NCBI GenBank assembly: GCA_041691135.1
Contig: JBEPVF010000001.1
Coordinates: 64,001 to 128,000 of the forward strand
Source of the DNA: Candidatus Peribacteria bacterium
GTDB lineage: Bacteria > Patescibacteriota > Gracilibacteria > Peribacterales > Peribacteraceae
Length of the DNA: 64,000 nucleotides
Reading direction: 5' to 3'
The notes under the pieces were generated by a model. The model was not told where the DNA came from. It saw nothing but the letters and a program-made list of their open reading frames with translations, and did no database searches. The translations under genes were made by a program, and so were the position numbers. This document shows positions 10,706-20,410 of the stretch, piece by piece. Each line of letters begins with the position of its first letter. Position 1 is the stretch's first letter.

Positions 10706-12037
10706 TTATCTCAACTGCTTCATCATCTCGATTCGCTGATCGATCAATTGTTGAGTGCCGATATCCGACCGGAATCGCACCGGTCCTTCCACTTGCTCAC
10801 ACACTGCCTGTGCGATCTGTTCGGCTTCGCCAATTGTATCGGCAATGCCGACGATACCGGCTGTGCGCGAACCGCCAAGATGCAATGATCCATCATCTGC
10901 TTCGGTGATATCGCCATAATAGAGACGCGCAGAGCTTGGAATGACTGGGAAAGAAACTGGCTGTCCTTTCTCGTCTTTACGATCGGGATAACTCTTTGGT
11001 GTGATGTACTTGCAGACCGTGGCTTTGTGCTCGAATTGCACCATTTCTTCGGTAAGCGTTCCGTCGATGATAGCCTGACAAATATCCACGAAGTCACTCG
11101 ACAGGATCGGGAGAACGTTTAGCGCTTCGGGATCACCAAAGCGCGCGTTATATTCGATCACGCGGATGCCGTCTTTTACAGCGATAAACCCGCCATACAA
11201 AATTCCCTTGTACGGCTCGCCGCATTCCTTGAGTAGTGCTGCAGCCACCTGGCGATTGATTTCTTTGGCCTGTTTCAAATCAGATTCAGTCAGAAAGGGG
11301 AGTGAGTGTGTGGCATCGGAGTATGTGCCCATGCCACCCGTATTCGGTCCCGTATCACCTTCGAAAGCGCGCTTATGATCTTGGACTGCAGGCATGTCGG
11401 CAACACTTGTGCCCGAGACGAACGATAACAGGCTGAATTCCACGCCGATCAATTTTTCCTCGAGCACGACGCGACCACATTCATTCAGACATTCGATAGC
11501 GTAAGCAACGCCTTCGTCGATTGAATGCAGATGATCACCGCTCACTTTGACGCCTTTGCCTCCTTTGAGTGCATCGTATTTCACCACATAGTTTCCTTGT
11601 AATTCGTCATTAATATAATTATGAATTATTTGTTTTGTATTGGCGTCGTGTTTGGTGATGATTTTAAATTTTGGCGATACGTCAATACCATACTTTTCCA
11701 TCAGTTTTCGTGTGAATGATTTACTACTTTCGATCTGTGCTAGTTTGCGCATCGGCGCGATACTTGGTATTCCTTCTGCAGCGAATTCATCAGCCAACCC
11801 CTGTCCGATCGGATCATCGGGAGCAATGAAGGCGAAGTCGGGCTTCACGCGTTTTGCCAATTCAAGTATGGGTGGGAAATCGAGAATATCCATCACATGA
11901 TGTTCGCTTGATAAGCGACGCGTGCCAGGATCACGTACGCTGCTGACGGTAACGATGTCCGGGTTGTGCCGGCTGCGTGCCAAAGCTTCGGCGACAGCAT
12001 GGCCACGGGCGGAATTGGTGATCAGGAGTATGCGCAT
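10706..12037 (-). CDS. purD: Phosphoribosylamine-glycine ligase
   Basis: QDHKRAFEGDTGPNTGGMG, EYNARFGDPE. Confidence 0.96.
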   Translation of the reverse strand: MRILLITNSARGHAVAEALARSRHNPDIVTVSSVRDPGTRRLSSEHHVMDILDFPPILELAKRVKPDFAFIAPDDPIGQGLADEFAAEGIPSIAPMRKLAQIESSKSFTRKLMEKYGIDVSPKFKIITKHDANTKQIIHNYINDELQGNYVVKYDALKGGKGVKVSGDHLHSIDEGVAYAIECLNECGRVVLEEKLIGVEFSLLSFVSGTSVADMPAVQDHKRAFEGDTGPNTGGMGTYSDATHSLPFLTESDLKQAKEINRQVAAALLKECGEPYKGILYGGFIAVKDGIRVIEYNARFGDPEALNVLPILSSDFVDICQAIIDGTLTEEMVQFEHKATVCKYITPKSYPDRKDEKGQPVSFPVIPSSARLYYGDITEADDGSLHLGGSRTAGIVGIADTIGEAEQIAQAVCEQVEGPVRFRSDIGTQQLIDQRIEMMKQLR

Positions 12038-12052
12038 AAGAGTGTTGCTACC

Positions 12053-12445
12053 TTAGCTTTCCCATTCGAACTCCACAAATCCCGGATCATACGGGTCAAA
12101 GTCAGGCAGAGGCAATTGAAGATCTCTCAGCAAATCAAAGGAATGCCGAGTGGCATGACGCTGGATGAATTCGCCGATCGGTCTTTTGCAATTATTGAAG
12201 GCTTCTTTAAAACCACGTTCCACAATCGTCAAAGTAGTGGCGAACGCCGTTGTCCCAACTATGATGCCCATTTGTGCGTTATCTTCTTTTACCATGCACG
12301 CCATCGTGGAGCAGCCACCTATGCAAAGAGCCAGAAGGTGGCAGACTCTTGAGCTCAGACGCAGTATATGAATATCTTCAGCTGCATGCTTCAGGGCACT
12401 TACATCCGCCTGTGAAAATTTATAGTACTCAGTATCTTCTAACAT
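12053..12445 (-). CDS. Hypothetical membrane-associated protein between purF and purD
   Basis: 130-aa ORF tightly packed and co-oriented; two hydrophobic segments. Confidence 0.6.
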   Translation of the reverse strand: MLEDTEYYKFSQADVSALKHAAEDIHILRLSSRVCHLLALCIGGCSTMACMVKEDNAQMGIIVGTTAFATTLTIVERGFKEAFNNCKRPIGEFIQRHATRHSFDLLRDLQLPLPDFDPYDPGFVEFEWES

Positions 12446-12455
12446 AATTCGGTGA

Positions 12456-13967
12456 TTACATCAGTGTCATACCTTTCGATCCCTCCGCGTCATCACCATC
12501 CACCATCAAGCTGCTCATCGTGTCGCGGGTGTTGTTACGTGCGGAACCCATTTCGAGCAGCAATTTGGGCGTTACTTCGGGCGTTGGATAGCGACCGTTG
12601 AAGCAGCCAGTACAGAGTTTCTGCAGTTTGCGGTTGCCGACTTTGATCGCGCGAACCATGTCTTCGGCTGTTGCGTAAAAGAGTCCGTCAGCTCCGATGA
12701 ATTCGCAGACTTCCTCTATCGATTTGTTGGCACCGATCAGTTCATCCGTCGTGGGAATATCCACACCGTACGGACACGGGCCGGTGACAGGCGGCGATGC
12801 GGAGGCGAAATACACTTTGCGCGCACCGGCTTCGCGGGCCATCTCCACGATTTTGCGGCTTGTATTGCCACGCACGATCGAGTCATCGACCAGAAGGACG
12901 TCGTTGCCTTTGAATTCCAAGTCGATGGGATGGATTTTGAAGTGCAGGCTCCGTTGACGGAGCGCCTGGCCCGGCATGATGAACGTGCGACCGATATAAC
13001 GGTTCTTCACGAATCCTTCGCGGTAACGAATTTTTAATTTATCCGCCAAACCGGCAGCAGCTGCGCGCGACGAGTCGGGAATGGGAATGATCGAATCGAT
13101 CTTGAGTCCGGACTTCTTGATCTGCGACGCAAGGGATTCGCCCATACGGACGCGGGCTTTGTAGACCGACACATTATCGATCACCGAGTCCGGCGCGGCC
13201 AAATACACCCATTCGAAGGCGCACGGATTCAGATGGCCTTTGGCACACACACGTGAGTGGAAATTATTGTGTTTGTCGATGTACACCGCTTCGCCGGGAA
13301 GAACGTCGCGCACGAACTCGTAGCCGAGCGGCTTCATCAATGTGTTCTCGGAACACAGAATGTATTCCTCTTTCATGCCATGCTTGCGCTTGCCGATCTG
13401 GAGCGGTCGGATGCCGTGCGGATCACGGAACGCCAGGATGCCATTGCCGCCAATGAGCACGACGGCCGAATAACTGCCGGTACAACGGCGATGCACGGTG
13501 CGGACTGCCCGGAAAATATGATCCGGCGTGAGCTGGATGGGGCGCTGTTTCTGGAGTGCCAATGCGAAGACGTTCAATAACACCTCGGAGTCCGATGATG
13601 TATTGAGATGACGGAAATCGGTGTGCAGTAATTCCGTGGCAAGTTTCTGCGAATTAGTGAGGTTGCCGTTGTGCGCCAGTGCGATACCGAACGGTGAATT
13701 GACGAAGAACGGCTGCGCTTCGAACTCGCTGTTGCAGCCGGCTGTTGGGTAGCGCACATGCCCGATACCCATCGGGCCGCGCAAGCGCTGAAGTGATTGC
13801 TGATGAAACACATCGCGCACCATGCCGTTGGCTTTCTTTAAATGGAATTGATTGTCGAAGGTGACGATACCGGCTGCATCTTGCCCGCGGTGTTGGAGCA
13901 CGATCAGTCCGTCGTACAGGTCTTGTATCGCGTTCTGGAAGCCGGAAACGGCAATAATTCCACACAT
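12456..13967 (-). CDS. purF: Amidophosphoribosyltransferase
   Basis: MCGI, QHRGQDAAG, GHVRY, LVDDSIVRG. Confidence 0.97.
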   Translation of the reverse strand: MCGIIAVSGFQNAIQDLYDGLIVLQHRGQDAAGIVTFDNQFHLKKANGMVRDVFHQQSLQRLRGPMGIGHVRYPTAGCNSEFEAQPFFVNSPFGIALAHNGNLTNSQKLATELLHTDFRHLNTSSDSEVLLNVFALALQKQRPIQLTPDHIFRAVRTVHRRCTGSYSAVVLIGGNGILAFRDPHGIRPLQIGKRKHGMKEEYILCSENTLMKPLGYEFVRDVLPGEAVYIDKHNNFHSRVCAKGHLNPCAFEWVYLAAPDSVIDNVSVYKARVRMGESLASQIKKSGLKIDSIIPIPDSSRAAAAGLADKLKIRYREGFVKNRYIGRTFIMPGQALRQRSLHFKIHPIDLEFKGNDVLLVDDSIVRGNTSRKIVEMAREAGARKVYFASASPPVTGPCPYGVDIPTTDELIGANKSIEEVCEFIGADGLFYATAEDMVRAIKVGNRKLQKLCTGCFNGRYPTPEVTPKLLLEMGSARNNTRDTMSSLMVDGDDAEGSKGMTLM

Positions 13968-14107
13968 ATTACGCTTGCTGGAACACGCTCAAGCACGCCT
14001 CGCCGGAGATCCGGGAGGCCGAAAAATGCGTGAAGGCGATATCCACGGAGACATTCTAATGACAATTTTCCTGAACGCAAGAAGCATCCATCGGCTTTAT
14101 GCGGCTA

Positions 14108-14965
14108 TTACACCTCGAGCATCTGCCTCTGTCGTTCCTTTGCACGCACGCAATTGCGAATGAGGCTCGCCACGGTCATCGGTCCGACACCGCCAGGCAC
14201 GGGTGTGATGGCCGATGCCACCTCTTTGACTGCGTCAAAATCCACATCGCCTTTCAGCCCCTCTTCATCGCGTGTAACGCCGATGTCGATGACGACTGCT
14301 CCGGGCTTGACCATATCGGCCGTGATTATTTTTGCTTTGCCGACGGCCGAACAGAGAATATCGGCTTGCCGTGTGATGGCGCCAAGATCAGGAGTTTTGC
14401 TGTGACAAATTGTAACGGTGGCACCGCGGTTGAGAAGCATGATGGCGAGCGGCTTGCCCACAATATTGCTGCGACCGACGATGACGGCGTGCTTGCCCTC
14501 AATCGGCAATTTGTAATAGTCGAGGATGCGGATCACGCCCGACGGCGTGGCTGGCGGCAGATCTTCGAACTCGGTGGAGAGAAACATTTTTCCCAAGTTG
14601 TACGCGCCGAATCCATCGATATCTTTGTTCGGTGCGATGGCCCGGATGATTTGCGGAACATTCTTGTCCAAATGCGGCGGCAATGGTAACTGAATAATGA
14701 ATCCGCTCACATCAGCGTCGCGATTCAAATCATCGATAAGCGCCATGAGCTGACTCAATTTCGTATCGTCTTTCAGTCGGAGCAGTTCATGCCGTAACCC
14801 CAATGCATCGGCGCTCTTCAATTTCTGTTTGATGTAACTCGCGCTGGCAGCATTCTCGCCTACCTGCACGATCACCAGCTGTGGGTCATATTCTTTTATC
14901 AGGGGCTTCAGTTCCTCGAACAGATGATCGGCAACTTCGCGGCCGGAGAGGATTTGGGCGGACAT
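14108..14965 (-). CDS. folD: Bifunctional methylenetetrahydrofolate dehydrogenase/cyclohydrolase
   Basis: KDIDGF, GRSNIVGKP, TPVPGGVGPMT. Confidence 0.97.
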   Translation of the reverse strand: MSAQILSGREVADHLFEELKPLIKEYDPQLVIVQVGENAASASYIKQKLKSADALGLRHELLRLKDDTKLSQLMALIDDLNRDADVSGFIIQLPLPPHLDKNVPQIIRAIAPNKDIDGFGAYNLGKMFLSTEFEDLPPATPSGVIRILDYYKLPIEGKHAVIVGRSNIVGKPLAIMLLNRGATVTICHSKTPDLGAITRQADILCSAVGKAKIITADMVKPGAVVIDIGVTRDEEGLKGDVDFDAVKEVASAITPVPGGVGPMTVASLIRNCVRAKERQRQMLEV

Positions 14966-15065
14966 GAGGATATGATAGTGGGAGGGAGAGAGAATCCAAA
15001 GAGACAATTAGGCTAAACACGAAGCACGAATATTGAAATTCGAAAAACGCGGTTTATTTACGAAT

Positions 15066-15659
15066 TTAGTGCTTCGAATTTCGGATTTTTTCAAAGATTT
15101 CATCAGCGACCGCCGCTTTTTCTCCCGACGTATCCACCACGATCACTGCCTGATCTTCGGCAACATATTTCTCGTAGGCTTCGTAGATGCGGCGTTGGAA
15201 ATCCGTTCCTTCGAACAGGTCGCGCTCATCCCGGCGACTCAGTCGCTCCTGACAAACTTCGAAAGGTGGCAGCGTGAAGAGTGTCACATCAGGTTGAACG
15301 AATTGGGCGTTTATATCTTCGAGCCAATCGACGTCGAGGCCCAGTACGTCACCATAGATGAGAGTTGAGGGGGCATAGCGGTCACAAATGACAGTTTTGC
15401 CGGCGGCAATGGCCGGCTTGATGACGGTTGCAATGTGATCGGCGCGGTCGGCACAAAAAAGCAGCTGCAGTGCGGCAGGGTCCATCGTCGTTTTTTCCTT
15501 CAAGAGTGTACGAATCCATATGCCGATTGCACTGTCGCTCGGTTCCGTTGTAAGAAGAACGTCATGCCCTTCCCTTTGCAAACGCTCGGCTAAAAGCCGG
15601 CTGTGCAATGATGTACCGGAACCGTCGGGGCCCTCGAGGACGATGAAGGAAGGGGTCAT
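15066..15659 (-). CDS. tmk: Thymidylate kinase
   Basis: EGPDGSGT P-loop, EP, LLFCADR, CDRY. Confidence 0.93.
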   Translation of the reverse strand: MTPSFIVLEGPDGSGTSLHSRLLAERLQREGHDVLLTTEPSDSAIGIWIRTLLKEKTTMDPAALQLLFCADRADHIATVIKPAIAAGKTVICDRYAPSTLIYGDVLGLDVDWLEDINAQFVQPDVTLFTLPPFEVCQERLSRRDERDLFEGTDFQRRIYEAYEKYVAEDQAVIVVDTSGEKAAVADEIFEKIRNSKH

Positions 15660-15715
15660 GAGCTTTCGTGTGAAGATTTGACAAATTGATTAGATACTAC
15701 CTTATAATTGGGAGG

Positions 15716-16594
15716 ATGGGAATTTTACAAGGTGTTAAGGATTGGCTCGATGAAAGGAAAAGGTACCAAACTTTCTTTCCGAGAGATATTAGGTCTAGTC
15801 TTAAAGACCATGGGGAGCTTTTCGCTGAGCCGGGAGAAAAATCGTACGACAGAGTCTTAGCCTATGTTCCGCAGGTGCATTATAATGCTAGTTCGATACT
15901 AGATTTGATCCAAAATCCGGATAAATTTCGTAGTTTTGTTTCGCATCATGATTCAATTAAGTCTGCGATAGTGAAATTATTGAGGTTTTATGGGGCTGAC
16001 AAATCAATTTTTATTGATGAAAGTATAAATGCTTCGCAAAGTGCATGGGATGAAAAAAGAAAAAGTATGGCAATTATAAGAGGACTTGCTGATGAGGGAC
16101 TAATGGAGAGAAGCCCTGCCCAGAGGGTCCAGGAATACTATGAAAGTACGGTTCAAATGTATGAGGCAGGCGGTCCCCAAGCCGCAGCAAATTTTATTCA
16201 CACGCGAATTAATGGTGGTCGACGCGCAGTCTCGTGGTGTTTTTTGAACAAATACAAAGCAATCGGAGAGAGTGAACAAAATACAAGTAAAGTACGGGAT
16301 GACGTGAGAGAAAGCATACGTCGACGTCACGAATCGATTCGTTCTATATTTGAATCAGAAGTTCCTTCTGGAGGCATCGGCATTGTTGATCTAGGCGTAG
16401 GACATTCCAAGAGAAATCCAGATCAAACTTGGAAAATGATCGAATTGATTACGACGCCGTTGGTAACTCGAGGAAATTTCCTTGAAGATTATTTGAGCAA
16501 GGTGACTCATGCTAAAGTCGTTACCCTTGTTCCTCATGAAACAAACCGCTTAACAAATAATTGGGGTACGTTGGCATCGTTTGTTACAAAATAA
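15716..16594 (+). CDS. Hypothetical protein, AT-rich relative to neighbours
   Basis: Long ORF ending at a bidirectional hairpin; start is uncertain (15686 or 15716). Confidence 0.7.
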   Translation: MGILQGVKDWLDERKRYQTFFPRDIRSSLKDHGELFAEPGEKSYDRVLAYVPQVHYNASSILDLIQNPDKFRSFVSHHDSIKSAIVKLLRFYGADKSIFIDESINASQSAWDEKRKSMAIIRGLADEGLMERSPAQRVQEYYESTVQMYEAGGPQAAANFIHTRINGGRRAVSWCFLNKYKAIGESEQNTSKVRDDVRESIRRRHESIRSIFESEVPSGGIGIVDLGVGHSKRNPDQTWKMIELITTPLVTRGNFLEDYLSKVTHAKVVTLVPHETNRLTNNWGTLASFVTK

Positions 16595-16596
16595 AA

Positions 16597-16623
16597 ACAG
16601 TGGCGAGAACGACTCGCCACTGT
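16597..16623. terminator. Bidirectional hairpin between convergent genes
   Basis: ACAGTGGCGAG-aacga-CTCGCCACTGT, 11-bp stem. Confidence 0.8.
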
Positions 16624-16639
16624 GACTATTGAATTGGTA

Positions 16640-19168
16640 TTAATACATGATCGGACCCCGGGCGTCCGTTGCCGGGAAGTCCACTTTGTTCTCGAATTTC
16701 ACGTCACTCAAGCTGTGGCTCTGCAGCCCCCCTTGCGACAGAGTAACCAATGATTCACTCAGACGTAGAATGCGCGTGATGTCTTTGCCCCACAGATAGC
16801 TGCCTGATTTTTGCTTGTCCTCATCCGTGTAGTGAGTAATTTGGCCGCGAAGCGTCAGACCTTTGTCGAGCGAAATATTGTAGACGTACGCGCCTTGGAA
16901 AGTTTGCGTCGCCATGGCTTCGTCGGGCTTCTTGTCTTTTTCGGCGCCGAGGAATTCCATGACGTTCACAGGGAAGGCCAGCAAGTTGCGTGACTTGTCG
17001 AATAGCAATGCATGGTGATCGTAGAGGAGGGGACTGTCGGTGCCGCGATCGCCGATCACGGTCTTGTACATCTCCTTAGGATTGTTCACGTCCGACACAT
17101 CGAAGATGGCTACCTTCAGGCCTTGGACTGCCGTGTAATAAACTGCATTGTCACTGTGGACCTTGTCGGCATCGATGGATTCGTCGACTTCTTTGCCAAA
17201 GCCGATCAAGTGTGTTTCGTCGTAAGGATGAAGGTAGCTGCTGTATCCCGGAATCTTCAGTTTGCCGAGGATTTTCGGGTTGTGCACATCGCTCAAGTCG
17301 ATCACAAAGAGGGGATCGACTGTCTTGAACGTAACGACGTACGCACGGTTGCCGATGAAGCGCACTGCGTAGATGCTCTCGCCCGGCGCGATGCCGTCGA
17401 CTTTGCCGATTGTTTTGAGATCCATGTCAGTTACAAACAGACTGTTCGACATCGATGCGGCGGGATCCCAGTTGTTCCCGATGCTCGTCGCCACGCGGAA
17501 GGTGTCGCCGCTTTCATCCATGGCAAATTGGTTGAGTAAGTGTCCGGGAACCGATCCCTGTGCCTTGAGTTCAATGCCGTCGGATGTGAAGGCGAAGCGG
17601 AAAAAATTCGTTTTTTCGTTCTGCTGTGGATGCGCGGAATCCCATACATAGTTTTGCTGCAGCGATGCGACGTACAAGTTATCAAGGGAGGCGTAGACAT
17701 TCTGCGCATCACCCACGATCGTTTTCGTCTTCACATCCGCGTTCAAGTTTGTCGTCGGGATCACGGCAACGGTCAGGTAGGCCGGTGACAGTATGTGCGG
17801 CAGGATGGCGATCTTGGCACAGGTTGTTACAGGCATTTCGGCCGTTCCCTTGGTTGAGTCGCTGAACTTGGGAAGGATTTGATCCTCCTTTACGTTGTCG
17901 AGCGGGATTGGCTGATTCCACTGCATCGACTCGTTCAGGACCATGTACAACTGATCATTGATCATGCGCGTCGACACGCTGTTTCCGTCAAAGCGTACCG
18001 TGCGTTCCAGCTTCGGATTGGCCGGATCAGTCACGTTGTAGACGCGAATGTCTTCTTTCTGGGCCATGAAATACGGGCGCATGATCATCATGTCTCCCCG
18101 GATCTTGCTCATCGGCATCACCGGGCCGTTATTCCATGCGTTGCCGACAACGATCAGGTGATCACCGTTCAAATACAATTCCTGAGGCGTCACATTGTCT
18201 TTGGAGAAATCAATCGTCGCCACTTGCTTCATGGCGCTCGCCGGCTGCGACTTCACAATGTACACGTTCTGGTTCTGAACCGTGTATACGTAGGTTCCGT
18301 CGGTCTTTACCGTATCGCCTTCATCCACTCCTTCGACCTGCACATTCGTCGTCGAGTGATCGGCCATTACAGCCGTTGAATTGGCGGACTTCATCTCGGC
18401 GCCGGGAGCGGCTTGGGGTGCCACCGCATCGCGCATCATGAGCGGACCGCCACCGTAACCTATGCTTTGAGTCGATAGTGTTGCACCAAACGCGCTGATA
18501 TCTGCACAGGTCTTCGCTGTCTGCACCGCATCGGATGCGGTGTTGATGCTCAGCTTCGGATTCTGAATATTCAGTACGCCCTTGGTCGGCTGATCGGTTT
18601 TCTTCTCGCTGATGCGCCACATCATTTCGGCCATTTCGCCGCGAGTGAGGAGGGCATCGAGTTTGCCGATCGTCGGTGGAATGGCTTTAGCCGATTCGAG
18701 TGCGCTCGTGTATGGCGTGTACCACTCGCCGCCTGAACTTTCTACTTTTTGCTTGTAGGCAAGCGATAGGACTTTTGATGCTTCCACAAACGTGATGTTC
18801 TGCCCCGGCTTGGCGGTACCGTCGGCGTAGCCCGACACGATGCCTTCGGCCTTGGCGGTGCAGAAATATTTGGCGAACCATTCGTCTTTCACGTCCGGGA
18901 AACAGTTGCTTCCCGTAAGATCGGCGGTGCCGCGCGCTTCCAAAATGATCTTCAAAAATTCACCACGCGTGATGGATTGACCGGATTTGAATGTGCCATC
19001 GGCATAGCCCTTGAGCACGCCTTTGGCTGCCAGCGCATCGATGGCAGTACTGTATTGGGTGCCTGCTTTTACATCACTGAATGCGAAAGTGCTCACTGGA
19101 AAAAACGTCGCAGCCATGCCAATCAGTGTGGCAGCCGCTGCGGCGCGGGGAGTCGAGAAACGTATCAT
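16640..19168 (-). CDS. Secreted SLH-domain protein with C-terminal beta-propeller domain
   Basis: Signal peptide; GYADGTFK..ITRGEF SLH repeats; TNVQVEGVDEGD.VKTDG and VTFKTVDPLFVIDL...GKLKIPGYSSYLHP. Confidence 0.9.
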   Translation of the reverse strand: MIRFSTPRAAAAATLIGMAATFFPVSTFAFSDVKAGTQYSTAIDALAAKGVLKGYADGTFKSGQSITRGEFLKIILEARGTADLTGSNCFPDVKDEWFAKYFCTAKAEGIVSGYADGTAKPGQNITFVEASKVLSLAYKQKVESSGGEWYTPYTSALESAKAIPPTIGKLDALLTRGEMAEMMWRISEKKTDQPTKGVLNIQNPKLSINTASDAVQTAKTCADISAFGATLSTQSIGYGGGPLMMRDAVAPQAAPGAEMKSANSTAVMADHSTTNVQVEGVDEGDTVKTDGTYVYTVQNQNVYIVKSQPASAMKQVATIDFSKDNVTPQELYLNGDHLIVVGNAWNNGPVMPMSKIRGDMMIMRPYFMAQKEDIRVYNVTDPANPKLERTVRFDGNSVSTRMINDQLYMVLNESMQWNQPIPLDNVKEDQILPKFSDSTKGTAEMPVTTCAKIAILPHILSPAYLTVAVIPTTNLNADVKTKTIVGDAQNVYASLDNLYVASLQQNYVWDSAHPQQNEKTNFFRFAFTSDGIELKAQGSVPGHLLNQFAMDESGDTFRVATSIGNNWDPAASMSNSLFVTDMDLKTIGKVDGIAPGESIYAVRFIGNRAYVVTFKTVDPLFVIDLSDVHNPKILGKLKIPGYSSYLHPYDETHLIGFGKEVDESIDADKVHSDNAVYYTAVQGLKVAIFDVSDVNNPKEMYKTVIGDRGTDSPLLYDHHALLFDKSRNLLAFPVNVMEFLGAEKDKKPDEAMATQTFQGAYVYNISLDKGLTLRGQITHYTDEDKQKSGSYLWGKDITRILRLSESLVTLSQGGLQSHSLSDVKFENKVDFPATDARGPIMY

Positions 19169-19360
19169 AAGAAGAGAGGGGAAGATGTCTACACTGACAT
19201 AACGTTGAGGGTACCAAAAAGGTTACAGTACATCGGGAGGTTCTGTGGTGTGCGTCAAATCATTTCTGTATATCTAAAAGCGGCCGGTATGTCGGCCGCG
19301 AGGTTGATCGATGGGCCGGCCATCCCATGTGGAAGGCCGTAAATTCTCGTTCGCAATTCA

Positions 19361-19522
19361 TTACGTCTGTTCATCCATTTTTGGCGGGTTGAGTCGGTCC
19401 GCTATCATCATAAGGATGGCTCCGATGATTGGAATAGACCAGAGATCGTGCAGTTGAAACATATACACGTAGGCCCCGCCAACCGCGAAAATCAGTCCGA
19501 CTACAAGAACCAGTCGTTTCAT
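19361..19522 (-). CDS. 53-aa two-TM small protein (cassette 1)
   Basis: MKRLVLVVGLIFAVGGAYVYMFQLHDLWSIPIIGAILMMIADRLNPPKMDEQT; AGGTG SD-like sequence upstream. Confidence 0.75.
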   Translation of the reverse strand: MKRLVLVVGLIFAVGGAYVYMFQLHDLWSIPIIGAILMMIADRLNPPKMDEQT

Positions 19523-19666
19523 GGTCTCACCTGTAACGAGAGGCGAAATGATCAACTGAAGCTAACCTACAATAAAAATGAAAATTACAAAATTTTTCTT
19601 GGCCTTGGTTCACAGCAAATAAAAGGCGGCCGGATGAACCGGCCGCAGGGGTTGATCGGAGCCTGT

Positions 19667-19846
19667 CTAGATGACAGGTGTGTGATACTTGGTTCGGCGC
19701 CATGGCCGCAGCCTCCAGAATATCAGTGCGCCGATGAGTGGCACCGGGCATGCCCAGAGGTATTTGCCGCTGAGGGCGATGTACATTCCAAAGGCCACGA
19801 ATGCCACGCCGAGGATATGGAGAATGACCAGCCGAAATGTTCCCAC
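19667..19846 (-). CDS. 59-aa two-TM small protein (cassette 2)
   Basis: GTG start after AGGAG; MGTFRLVILHILGVAFVAFGMYIALSGKYLWACPVPLIGALIFWRLRPWRRTKYHTPVI; shares LW..(.)P.IGA with cassette 1. Confidence 0.75.
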   Translation of the reverse strand: MGTFRLVILHILGVAFVAFGMYIALSGKYLWACPVPLIGALIFWRLRPWRRTKYHTPVI

Positions 19847-19985
19847 GATGCTCTCCTGTGCATGAGACATGGAGGATTTGATCAACTCAAACCAATCTAT
19901 AACAAAAATAAAAATTACAAAGTTTTTCTTGTGCCTTGACCTATGTCATGTAGAAGCGGCCGGTATGAACCGGCCGCAGAGTTGA

Positions 19986-20132
19986 TCACTCTCGTGTGGC
20001 GTACAAGCACAAGGACATGAACGCCGCCACTACCCACAGGATGATAGCTACCGACATGGGCCCTTGGACCCAAAAGTTGAAGCCGGTTCCTACGGTGACA
20101 GCCACCGCAAGCAACCCAATGAAGCGGAGCAC
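19986..20132 (-). CDS. 48-aa two-TM small protein (cassette 3)
   Basis: Not in the ORF track. GGGAGGTG SD then GTG; MLRFIGLLAVAVTVGTGFNFWVQGPMSVAIILWVVAAFMSLCLYATRE; the TGA stop overlaps GATCAAC. Confidence 0.75.
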   Translation of the reverse strand: MLRFIGLLAVAVTVGTGFNFWVQGPMSVAIILWVVAAFMSLCLYATRE

Positions 20133-20361
20133 TGTCACCTCCCTCTTTTAAAGAATTAAGGACATGCGATCAACAAGTACTAAATTACAATAAAAAATTT
20201 AAAAGGCAAATAATTCTTCGTACTCCATAGTCTGGTAGAAGGCCGGGGTGACGGGCAACAATCAGCGATGAATCGGACTAACTCCATTGGCCGCGAAGAA
20301 AGCGGCACCGCCATGCTGAAAAATCTGCTAAATGTTTGTCGAGCCATCTGACTTTTCAATT

Positions 20362-20392
20362 GAAAAAGCCCGGCTCATCACCAGGCTTTTTC
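20362..20392 (-). terminator. groEL terminator
   Basis: GAAAAAGCCCGG...CCAGGCTTTTTC hairpin with A/T tails. Confidence 0.8.
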
Positions 20393-20410
20393 TTAATTCC
20401 ACAGTTCCTT

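Larger units (their letters stand above)
19276..20215 (-). repeat. Three tandem cassettes: promoter - GTTGATC - small ORF - GATCAAC - GCGGCCG hairpin terminator
   Basis: Plus-strand GTTGATC at 19303, 19651, 19981; GATCAAC at 19550, 19880, 20168; GCGGCCG hairpins starting at 19280, 19626, 19956; similar A-rich blocks after each GATCAAC. Confidence 0.9.

Noticed and set aside
19550-19987. Integron attC sites (AAC...GTT between ORFs; stop codon overlapping ..AAC)
   Set aside because: The cores do not fit RYYYAAC/GTTRRRY, the intervening ~100 bp does not form one long hairpin with L boxes, each unit has its own promoter and terminator, and no integrase is in the window.
19276-20215. CRISPR array
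   Set aside because: The repeats are degenerate and bipartite, the intervening segments are 180-240 bp and coding, and there are no cas genes.
20221-20340. Possible structured ncRNA or fourth cassette between cassette 3 and the groEL terminator
   Set aside because: Only short scattered helices; no GTTGATC/GATCAAC frame, promoter or convincing ORF.
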